DNA of 64,000 nucleotides, from contig OZ024741.1 of assembly GCA_964016885.1 (NCBI GenBank), forward strand, positions 14,074,001 to 14,138,000. Direction: 5' to 3'. Below are positions 53,283 to 64,000 of the stretch, in pieces (the stretch's first letter is position 1; every line of letters begins with the position of its first letter). The notes below the pieces were generated by a model that ran no database searches, was not told the origin of the DNA, and saw only the letters and a list, made by a program, of their open reading frames with translations. This DNA comes from Eledone cirrhosa. Taxonomy: Eukaryota. Position numbers and translations under genes: made by a program.

Positions 53283-54347
53283 CTGGGTGGGAGTCCTACT
53301 TAATACTTTTACTTTAGTTCCTATTTTCACTCTATCCATCCATTCACCTATGTTCCTGTCTTTCCATCTTTCTGCCTCTCTATCTTCCTATCTACCTATA
53401 TCCACCTATGTATGTGTCAACCTCTCTATATATCTACATGTGTTTCTATCTCCCTCTCTATAACCCTATCTCTCTCTCTCTATCTGCCTATCTATCCTCC
53501 TATTTCTCTCTCTCTCCTCCTATCTCCCTCTCTATCTCCCTATATATATCTATCTCCCTCCCTCCTGCTCTATCACATTTTCTCCTTATTTTTTCTGACC
53601 TTCTCTACCTTCTACTATCCCCCTTACTACTTACTAATTCAGACCCTTTAATTCTTCTTCCCACCACCATCCCTATTATACAGTTCCCCCTCCACCACAT
53701 CCTCCTCCACCCTCCCTCCCTATCCAATGCTCCCTATATTCACGCCCCTCCCCCATACACTAACATTATTGACATCTGACAACATTACCCCTCTATATGG
53801 TGTGTAAATATCAAGTATATAGATATACACACATGCACCCACATACACACACCCACATACACACACACACATACGCACACATACACACATACACATAGTT
53901 TAGTGATTGTAACGTCCAGGTACTCTAGGTTCACCAGAGTGAGCACTCAATATGTAGTTTCCAGTTGGTATATTGCTGTTGTACTAAACAGAGTGTAATA
54001 CTAATAATAAAAAGGACGAAATGTTAGATCTTCATTACATTCATTGAGGTATGACGTGTGTTACGTGACGTCTGACGAGCTTCACGTTCCAGATCGATAC
54101 AGATTGAGCGTTGAGCTGGTCAATTGTGAAACATGTGTCACACCTCAAGCAGATTGAGCGTTGAGCTGGTCAATTGTGAAACATGCGCCACACCTCAAAC
54201 ACCTCGTCCTACAGCCCTTTATGATTTGAGTTCAAATCCCGCCAAGGTTAACTTAGCCTTTCATCCTTACGGGGTCGATAAAATAAAGTACCAGTAATAC
54301 ACTGGGGTAATTGTTGGCCTTGTGCCTAAAGTAGAAACAATTATTAT

Positions 54348-54392
<45 letters not shown>

Positions 54393-54735
54393 AATAACAT
54401 TAAAAAGATGCTGATATTACATAAATAACTATTACATAAATAACTATTACAATGGTTCCCTTATGCAATCCAAGATGTAATGTATGCATTTGTTATTGGC
54501 ATGGGAACGATATCTTCAGATTAAATATCTGTTAGTTTAGTGTGATATGCTGCAGGCATAAAAGACATCTCCTTTTCGCATGCCCAGCATATATATAAAC
54601 AAAAGGGATATTCAATTTGTTTGTAATTCAACAAATATAAATGTTTATAACTGATTCAAAGCACTCGACAAGTTTTCTGGAGTATAATATTCAATGATAT
54701 TAAATAAATGGAAACTATATTTATAAAACGATATT

Positions 54736-54793
54736 TATTCTATTATATATATTTCAAGAGTACCAAAACTTTGGTATGCTCTCATCAGATAAA
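54736..54793 (-). ncRNA. Type I hammerhead (left arm)
   Basis: Minus strand: tttat-CTGATGA-gagcataccaaagttttggtactctt-GAAA-tatata-TA-atagaata. Confidence 0.75.
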
Positions 54794-54816
54794 CAATATT
54801 TGTAAACCAAACTTTG

Positions 54817-54879
54817 TATTTTATCTGATGAGAGCATACCAAAGTTTTGGTACCCTTGAAATATATATATAATAGAATA
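54817..54879 (+). ncRNA. Type I hammerhead (right arm)
   Basis: tattttat-CTGATGA-gagcataccaaagttttggtaccctt-GAAA-tatatata-TA-atagaata. Confidence 0.78.
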
Positions 54880-55332
54880 AATATGGTTTTATAAATATAG
54901 TTTCCATTTATTTAATTTCATTGTGTATATATATATATACACACACATGTACTAATTGTTTCTACTTTAGGCACAAGGCCAGTAATTACCCAGTACATTA
55001 CTGGTACTTTATTTTATCGACCCCGTAAGGATGAAAGGCAAAGTTAACCTCGGCGGGATTTGAACTGAGACTGTAAAGGGATGTAACTATGCTAGAAAGC
55101 ATGGCGTCCAAGTGTAATAATAATATGTAGGAAGAATGTGTCAAAGTATCATCATTAAGTTTATTCAGGTGTGTCGCGTGTTTCGCGATTGATCAGCTGA
55201 ATGTACGACCTGTATTGATTGGGCTTGGTTCTGGAATCAATAGCTCACCAGACCTTTGGTTTCCTATGTATTGAGTGCTAATGTAAAGTTACAATTTATA
55301 TATATATCTATATATCTCTATCTATATATATA

Positions 55333-55660
55333 TCATCATCATCATCATTTCATTTTATGTCCGCTTTTCCCTGTTTGCAAGGGTGAGACGGGAACTGATT
55401 CTGGTTTGATTTCTACAGCTGGATGCCCTTCCTAACACCACCCTCATTTACAGTGAGTGCTGGGTGCTTTTTTTCCGTGGCGCCTCCACGTCCACTTTGC
55501 AGTGGAATGATAGGGACCCCAGTCCCTATCATCTCATTTCTACAGCTGAGTAAACTGGAGCAATGTGAAATAAAGTATCTTGCTCAAGGAAACAACACAT
55601 CACCCGGTCTGAGAATTGAACTCACAACCTTTCGATTGCAAGCCCAATGCTCTAACCACT
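55333..55660 (-). mobile_element. SINE family 1 copy
   Basis: Matches 28853-29170. Confidence 0.88.
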
Positions 55661-56669
55661 ATATATATATATATATATATATATAATTGTATATATATGT
55701 GTATGTGCACATGCTTATAAATACATATACATACATATTCATATTCATGCACATACAAACTTATATAAATACATGCACATGTTTTGTGCGTATGTAAGCA
55801 TACATAAATTTTCTTTCTCTGGTTTAACCGATTACATCTAAGGCCATTCTGGAGTACTGTCTTGTTGTTTTATTTTTGTTTTTTACTAATTTTAAAATTT
55901 TTTAAAATTTATTTTTAAATTTATAATTAACTTATTTAATTATCTGCTGCCATATTTTAAATGCAGCATATTGTCCATGACATGTTTATTTTGCTGTCAG
56001 TAAAATACCAGTAATACACTTGGCTATGGAAATTGACTATGACTGCCCCTCACCCTAAAATATACATTATCTACAGCAAACTATTATAGTAATAATAACA
56101 AAAATAATATCACCATTGTCCGATAAGCACACATATAGAAGAGGTGGTTGTAAGGGGAGGGGGTCTAGTCAGTTGAATGTTAGATATTACTGATACCACC
56201 TTAGGTATTCAGCAGAGTTGAAGGTAAAGTGAATATTGACAAGGCAATGAAATGTTGTCATTTGTATTGGCAGTATCAGTAGAGTGTTGGACATGCTTAG
56301 CTGCATAGTGTTATGTCCCTTTACATTCTAATTTAAAATCCCGCCAGGGTTGGCTTTGCCTCTCATCTTATGGGGGTCAATAAAATAAAGTACCAGTAAT
56401 GCACTGGGGTTGATTTAATTGACTTCTACTCTTCACCTTGCTGTGTCTAGATTAGAAACCCTTATTACACCCCAAATATCTACAAGCTTTACCATGACAC
56501 CTTTCACAGTTTTATTCTCTTCCATGTTATATTTTATTAACATAATCATTATTTACTTCATATTTCTTCAAAACAAACTTCATTATTTCACCTTTTTATT
56601 CTTGTTTTACACTTTAAAGACGATGGCTACCCTATTTCTTTACCTATATATATATATATATTTATATGC

Positions 56670-56716
<47 letters not shown>

Positions 56717-57128
56717 TACATATACACATACATAAATATATAAATGCATATACATAAATATATATATATATGTACATATACATATATATATCTGTGTGTA
56801 TATATATATACGTACATATGTATCAACATCATCATCATTGTTGTTGTTTTAAATGTCCACTCTCCCTGCAAGGGTTGGACAGGTCTATATAGACCAACTC
56901 AGTACTGAGGCAGTGGCCACTGATCTCCCAAGCCAGGGATCTGTGTCTTATATACTCTCTCTTGTCCCATTGAGTGCTCAGGTGAGGTTGTCATGCCTTA
57001 CACACAGCTCAGTGTCTTCTCTTTGTCTTTCTCTATATGTGTATTTCTCTCTCTCTAAGTATATATATCTTCATCTATCTATTCATCTCACTAGTTTGTG
57101 TACATGTATGTATATGTACATGTATATA

Positions 57129-57181
<53 letters not shown>

Positions 57182-58224
57182 ACATACATGTATATATACA
57201 TACATTTGTATATACATGTATGTATATATTCATGTATGTATATATAAATATATATACATGTATATAAGGCTATGGCCCTTTATGTTCTGAGTTCAAATCC
57301 CGCCAACATTAACTTTGCCTTTCATCCTTACGGGGTCGATAAATTAAAGTACCAGTAATACACTGGGGTTAATTTAATCGACTTTCGCCTCCCCCTAAAT
57401 TGCAGGCCTTGTGTCTATAGTAGAAATCATTATTACCCTTTACGATCTGAGTTCAAATCCCGCCGAGGTTGACTTTGCCTTTCATCCTTACGGGGTCGAT
57501 AAAATAAAGTACCAGTAATGTACCGGCTAATTGCTGGCCTTGTGCCAAAAGTAGAAACAATTATTATTATTGTTATTCAATGAATGGGCAGAATTGTTAG
57601 AGTGTTGGGTAAAATGCTCTACGTATTTGTTCCAGTTTGTTATGTTCCAAGGTCAAATCCTGCCAAGGTCAACTTTGCCTTTCATCCTTCCAGGTTTCAG
57701 TAAAATAAAGCACCTGTTGTATTCGGTCCTCTGTTGGAGGAAGCCTATAACTCAGCAGCTATTACTGCTATCCATGGTCAAGTTGGCATATTCATTCTTG
57801 CGTGGCGGCACGTCTGCCTGGAGTCTGCTGTTACAGTCTTTGAAGTAAGTAGGAAGAAAATAAAACAATACAAAAGTATAAAAATAAAAAGATAAAAGAA
57901 TAAAAATACAAAAATGAAACTAATTCTTACAAAGATACAGAGGTGATAAGAAAATAAATACTTTGGACATGGAAGAATGGTAGTGAGATAGAGATAGTGG
58001 GTATGGGGGAATATAAGAATATGACCATAGAAAAATAAATAAAAGAACAAAAGATAAAGTAATAGCAGTGTAGATAAAGGATAAGCAGTAATATTATTAC
58101 TCATCATCGTTTAATGTATATATATATATATATATATATTGTGGATCATCATCACAGTTTTACATCCAATTTTCCATGATAACATCGATATTTATCTCTC
58201 TGTCTGTCTGTCTCTCTCTCTCTC

Positions 58225-58258
<34 letters not shown>

Positions 58259-58577
58259 CAGATGATGATGATGATGATATATATGTATTGAAATCTCTTC
58301 ACGGACTGACCTCCGGATGACATCAAATTGGCGTTTCACTCTTATCTATGTTGACGTCAGCCTGACTGGAATGGCAGGTAATTTTTAGGTGAAAGCAAAA
58401 TAGGTCCTTTCGCATATAACACATGATCCTAGGCCACTTTCAGTAACTGCCACGGGTTCTTCCAAGGGACACATCTTAGTTTTATTGTGTCTCCGCAGTG
58501 TAATCCTCAGCTTTCTGAAGTCTAGGCACTCCTTTGTGCTGTCATCATGAACGGTACGGCAAATCTTCTGGTCACAG

Positions 58578-58940
58578 TCATCATCATCTTCATCATTTAA
58601 CATCCATCTTCCATGCCAGCGTGGGTAGGACTCATTGTTTAACATCCATCTTGCATGCTAGTATGGGGAGGATGGGCTGTCCCTTTGTGAGAGATCAGGT
58701 CAGGGTATTGGGATTCCCTCACACAGAACTGATTTTGGCTTGGTTTTTATGGCTGGATGCCCTTCCTAATGCCAACCCTATTTACAGCTGGGTGCTTTTT
58801 CTCATGTCACCTACATGACCACTTTACAATGTGGACTGGGTGCTTTTTCTCATGATGCTTACATGACCACTTTACATTGTGGAATGGGTGCTTTTTGTCG
58901 TGTCACCTACACGACCACTTTACAGTGTGTACTGGGTTAG
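58578..58940 (-). mobile_element. RTE 3'UTR-derived fragments with ~42-bp repeats
   Basis: (CAT)n, ggatgcccttcctaa and repeated gaccactttaca.tgtgga. Confidence 0.7.
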
Positions 58941-60000
58941 GGTTAAACAAATTTGATCCAAATTTATTCTGATAAATATCATAGGTCACTTTAAACTTAG
59001 ATACTTCTATGAAGACCTTGTCTACATTGATTTTATCCATCCAAGAACAAGAATAAGCAGGAAAATAAGGCTTAACCTCTTCTGCTCCTGATAATCTTAG
59101 TGTTGTGTTGAGAGCTTCTACACTGGTTCTGCCTTGCAATCCTCAGTTGACAAGAGAATGTTCTGCGGGCAAACAAGTTGTTTAACCGTAACTGGCTTCC
59201 AGACTCTACCATTGGTAGGTATCAGTAGTGTATAGAGAGGAATTTCAACCTCAGCGACAATGGAGAAGTTCAAGTAGATAGTGCAGAAGAAGCGCATGGG
59301 ATTGAGAATTTTCATTGATTCCATCTTGACTATTTTAGTAGAATGCTGTATTCAATAAATAGTAACATACCGGCTTTGTGTTATTGTGGTTTGTTTTAAT
59401 ATATTTCCTGCGTGATCAAGCAACTATCATATCATCATCATCTTAATGAACACTTACTTACTTACACACACACAATTTCTGGTCACACTGTATCAGGCAC
59501 ATCAAACTTCTCTCACCTACACTCACACAACAGTGACCACTCCACTCAGCTACAAGTGAGCACACACATAGCAAGTGAATAAACACAACACAACTATCCA
59601 CACCACCATCCGTCCCACTATATATATATGTATGTATATATATGCACATGCACACACACACATGTATGCATATCATTGCTTAACATGTATGTATAATATA
59701 TGAAGACAATTCATATATTTGTTTAGCTCCCTGTAATACATTCTAAACCTCCTCATATAATATATATTAATGTTTTGTCCTTTATCTCTTACTCCACTTG
59801 TCAGTGTTTGGCTTATATCAGACACTGTGATCCCCGGGTGTACAAGCAGTACTGTTGGTAGGGGTCAAAACTGCCAAACTCCACCTCAACGGCCGATGAC
59901 CCTGAAGTTCTGTGTCTTTCATCTTTTTTGTTTTGTCTTGTTTTCATTTGTTGTCTTGTCCTCTCTCTTAATTTTCCTATATATATATATATATATATAT

Positions 60001-60205
60001 ATAGGAAAAAGTATGACCCCGACGGCAGAGCTCAAGCCGTTTCGACGGCTATTTCAGTCTATTCAGTCCAGAAATAGCCGTCGAAACGGCTTGAGCTCTG
60101 CCGTCGGGGTCATACTTTTTCCTATTTCTCACTATGTTATCCTAAGTATTGAGTACTCTGGTGCGTTATGGTCCATCTGGTTCCTTACCACAATTCCTTT
60201 GTTAT
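60001..60205 (+). mobile_element. Perfect fold-back insertion (55-bp arms, 15-nt loop) with a TTGAGTACTCT tail, between (TA)n tracts
   Basis: 60001-60055 is the exact reverse complement of 60071-60125; motif at 60149-60159. Confidence 0.8.
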
Positions 60206-60224
60206 ATATATATAAACAATGAGT

Positions 60225-60568
60225 TAATTGGTTTGTTGATTATTCAACAAACTTAATTTTACAACAGATTAGAAGCACTCAACAGTTTTTTCCGGAGTAT
60301 CATTAATATCAATAATATTAATAAATGGAAAATATCTTTATAAAACCATATTTATTTTATTATACGTATTTCGAGGGTACCAATATTTAAGTACTATATT
60401 TAAGTACCTCACTGAACTTATAACATGAAGATATGTCACTATCTTTACACCAATTGTTATATTTTATCTGACGAAAGTGTACTTAAATATTAGTACCCTT
60501 GAAATACGTATAATAAAATAATTATGGTTTCATAAAGATATTTTCCATTTATTAATATTATTGATATA
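60225..60568. mobile_element. Fold-back PLE pLTR insertion (same family as 54640-54923)
   Basis: Arms ~60307-60394 and ~60479-60567; left tail with gcactcaac (60275). Confidence 0.8.
60460..60520 (+). ncRNA. Type I hammerhead ribozyme
   Basis: tattttat-CTGACGA-aag t gtact taaatatt agtac c ctt-GAAA-TACGTA-TA-ataaaata: perfect 8-bp stem I and palindromic ATACGTAT stem III; predicted cut after 60512. Confidence 0.82.
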
Positions 60569-60614
60569 TATATATATTAGATAGTGAAATAGAGCTTCCA
60601 CCGCACTTTTTGAT

Positions 60615-60782
60615 AATTAAATTAGCCTAATAGTTGGAGTCATAAAAACCCACAGTAGAAAAAAGATGAGCATTGATGTACAATGGTAGCCAAAGATGTG
60701 GTTCATGACCCATATACGTCAATGCTGATCCTTTTTCCATTCTGTGGGTTTTTATAACTGCAACTATTAGGTTAATTTACTT
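60615..60782. mobile_element. Degenerate fold-back insertion
   Basis: aattagcctaatagttg..ataaaaacccacag..agcattgatgta pairs with tacgtcaatgct..ctgtgggtttttat..caactattaggttaatt. Confidence 0.65.
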
Positions 60783-60957
60783 AGTGAAAAACTGCAGTAA
60801 AAGCTCTATTTCACTAATTTCAAATTCTCCGCTGTTTGTAAACAAAGCTAAGCTCTGTATCTTATATATATGTACACACACACACATGCATACATAAATA
60901 CACATATACATATATATGTATACACACATACACACATATGCATACATAAATACACAT

Positions 60958-60996
<39 letters not shown>

Positions 60997-61529
60997 CACA
61001 CACACCTGCATACATACACACACAATCACACATACATGTATGAATCAATATCCCACACTAATTTCACTCCCTCTACTTATTATTTCTGTTCTCCTCCCCC
61101 CCTCTCTTTATACCTCTCTTCTTACCATATTCTCATTCCACCCCACCCCCCTCTATATTGCACCCTACTACTCCCCCTCCACTCTCAGACTATACAAACG
61201 TTATTCTATATATGTTATATTAAGGTGATACACACAGGTAAAACCATGTGGTATTCTTATGAAATGACAACATGTTGGTAGGGGTTGGGTCAGAGGAAGA
61301 GTATCTCCCCCTCACCCACCCTCCACAAAAAATTAAAATGTTATAAAATTATCAGACTTAATTGACAGAAGAAAAAATATAAAACAAAAATGGTATTGAA
61401 GAAAAGATAATAAACTTGTGTTTAAATTTTGTTTTGTGTTTTTATTATTTGTTTCTTTCTTTCTTACTATTAACTCTTGATAATGAAAAAAGTTATTAAA
61501 TTCCTCCAAATTCTGGATTATTTTCAAAA

Positions 61530-61775
61530 CTATTGGCATGTGGTTAGAGTGTCTCAGGAAAGAATTCCTGGACAGATTTTACTCCAAAACCAACCGTCAG
61601 GAGACCCAAGGGTAGACCCGGAGCAAGATGGTTGGATAACATCTATGAGGTTGGCTGAGCTTGCTTGGAGATCCAGCCAGATCAGTTGGAGACAGCTGCT
61701 TTTGACAGGACCCGCTGGAAGGAGTGTTTGAGGGCTCTGCCCCTGACCCTCTCAGGAATAAGTGGGTGAAGAATA
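61530..61775 (+). mobile_element. Old RTE (Expander/Rex3-like) 3' fragment
   Basis: HVVRVSQERIPGQIL...; related to 62400-62670. Confidence 0.6.
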
Positions 61776-62371
61776 CCAGCTTAATAATGAACAAATTTTA
61801 AATCTTTCCAAATTCTCAATTAACTTATAAAAGGATTTGATGATCACAGGCAGTGTCTTTCATCAGACATATAACAATGAAAAGATGAACTCTTCACCAT
61901 TTAAACTATATTTACTATTGTATTTTCATGGTAAAGACTTTATCTCACATTATATTGAATCTACGAGATTTTGGTGTTATTATTTATTTTGTGAAGGGCG
62001 GTGGATTGGCAGTATCGGTAGAGGGTCAGACGCCATGCTTTCCAGCATAGTTACGTCCCTTTAAGATCTGAGTTCAAATCCCGCCGAGGTTGACTTTGCC
62101 TTTCATCCTTACGGGGTCGATAAAATAAAGTACCAGTAATGCACTGGGTAATTGCTGGCCTTGTGCCTAAAGTAGAAACAATTATATATTTTGTGAATAA
62201 TACTTTATCGTCTGTATAAGTGGTGGTTTGAACAGAACGAGGTGAGAGAATTCTGGTTTAAATGCTAAAGGGTTAAGATAATTTGATGGTAAAAATCTGA
62301 TTGGGTCTGATACACTGAATGTATAATTGACATCATGAACCTACACAAAATATGAATCATGTATATATATA

Positions 62372-62670
62372 GCTTCTTCTTCTCCTCCTCTTCCTTCTTC
62401 TCCCCCTCCTTTGTGGGGTCGTGGGTCCAGAGTCCTCAAACACTCCTTCCATTGGGTCCTGTCAGAAGCAACTCTCTCCAACTGATCCTGCTGGTTCGTT
62501 TTGTCCATAAAATACTTTCCTGAGACATTCTAACCCCATGCCCACAGTATCGAAGCTGTGATCTCTCAATTCTGAGAAGTAGCAGCTTTACCTGGAGTGA
62601 CTCTCTGATCTCTGAGCTATGCACACTACCAAGTAACATTACTCCAGAGACCCTTTATATAGCTGTATGT
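62372..62670 (-). mobile_element. Old RTE (Expander/Rex3-like) 3' fragment with a (GAA/GGA)n tail
   Basis: SSEIRESLQVKLLLLRIERSQLRYCGHGVRMSQE. Confidence 0.7.
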
Positions 62671-63917
62671 TTAAATAGATTTGTATAGTTGAGTTTATCT
62701 TAATAAATAACTAATATTGATTATTTGTAATAGATGTGAATGAAAGTATTTGTAAAATTATAATAATAGTAATTCAACATGGCACAAAATTACTCTTGAG
62801 CTCTTTTGTGCCTGGATCAATGGGTTTGTTTTTAAATATCAGGATGAATTTTTTTGCGAAACCCTTTACTTACCAACCCAGCCAAAACCAGTTCTGGTTC
62901 TGTTAAATAAAACCACCCATTTTAAATAAAAATCTTCCAACATAATTTCATATAAAAACCTTACATTAAGTTACTATCTTAGTAATGAAATGATTAATCA
63001 TTTTAGTAAATCACATATGTCTTCCTTGATTAATTAAAATAGAGTGTTTCATTAGAAATGCAGTGATGAAAGGGTTGATAAAGATCTTTTAAATATAGAT
63101 ATTTTTCTCCAATGTTTTTTTTCCTTAGAATTAAGGTACATCTTATATCCTGAAAATCTGGTAAGTTTGAAAGTTGAGCATTCTTGTTTCAGCTAAGTAC
63201 CTCCTGTTAATAGGCTGAGAAGTGTGGAACACTGTATCACTGCTGTTTCAGCTAAGACCCCTTTTTTCATGTATTCAAAAGTGTATTTGTTAATGCTATC
63301 ACTACAGATGTTTCTGCCTTACCTTGCCTCTTTTAACTCTTTACAACATTTAAGGATTTAGCAGAAAATGTCTAAAAACAAGTTTGTTAATTTAAATGTT
63401 TATAGTATATTTATTAGTGGACAAATCAGTGGGAAAAATTGCTGAGAATTAAGTAAAGATGTTAATTTCTAATGTGATGCAATCACATACTTTTCAAGAA
63501 TTCCCTGACTTGCTAATGTGGTTTCATGTAGTACATAGGATATTATGAGTTAACAGAAATACATTGGTTTTTGACATTGGACAAGACATTGTCAATCTGC
63601 CTTAAATTGAGTGACTATAAAATACTTTGTATGAAGTACCACATCCCAGGGTTAAGTGGAAGACTTTATCACCACTATCTTAGCTATCTTACTGTTTTAA
63701 TATGTGACTATATACCAATTTATACCAAACACTACATCCCAGGCTTAGCAGAAGGACTTTACACTATACTAACTACTATATGTAGGTATCTATAGATATA
63801 TGGGACAGAGCTTTCTAAATTGTGTATTGTGAAATTAAATTAAATCTGACAAATTTGTTATGAATAATAAGTTGTGGAGGATATTTCAAATTTGATAATT
63901 TTCTGTATAATAACATA

Positions 63918-64000
63918 TCATCATCATCACCATCATCATCCTCGTTTAACATTTAATTTCCATGCTAGCATGGGTTGGACGAGCGGTCCCGTTGTGAGTC
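63918..64000 (-). mobile_element. RTE/SINE 3' end running off the window
   Basis: (CAT)n followed by ttccatgctagcatgggttggac. Confidence 0.7.

Larger units (their letters stand above)
54640..54923. mobile_element. Fold-back PLE pLTR insertion with a hammerhead in both arms
   Basis: Arms ~54692-54793 and ~54820-54923 are near-perfect inverted repeats; a left unpaired tail carries gcactcga (54661). Confidence 0.8.

Noticed and set aside
58960-59330. Coding-like minus-strand segment
   Set aside because: Frameshifted with no motif I can assign confidently; probably an old TE fragment.

Overview
Eukaryotic, AT-rich, microsatellite-dense DNA. The SINE and RTE repertoire suggests a cephalopod such as Octopus (inference). 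Host coding sequence is limited to two candidate + strand terminal exons about 43 kb apart: 5971-6777, ending in a CaaX motif (CTVV), and 50131-50303, ending in a class I PDZ-binding motif (ETSV). The rest is repeats: RTE LINEs (one nested in another with a 9-bp TSD), tRNA-derived SINEs, a Tc1/mariner relic inflated by nested insertions, and large minisatellites (61, 23, 18, 19, 10-12, 86 and 36 bp units). The most notable signal is a swarm of small Penelope-like (PLE) insertions in (TA)n tracts. They are fold-back or partial-tandem pseudo-LTR fragments carrying type I hammerhead ribozyme motifs from several families unrelated in sequence. These include a U3-A8 covariant core, forms with very long stem II, and palindromic stem III. 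Many share a short TTGAGYRCT motif near their ends. All folds were read by eye and repeat boundaries are approximate.
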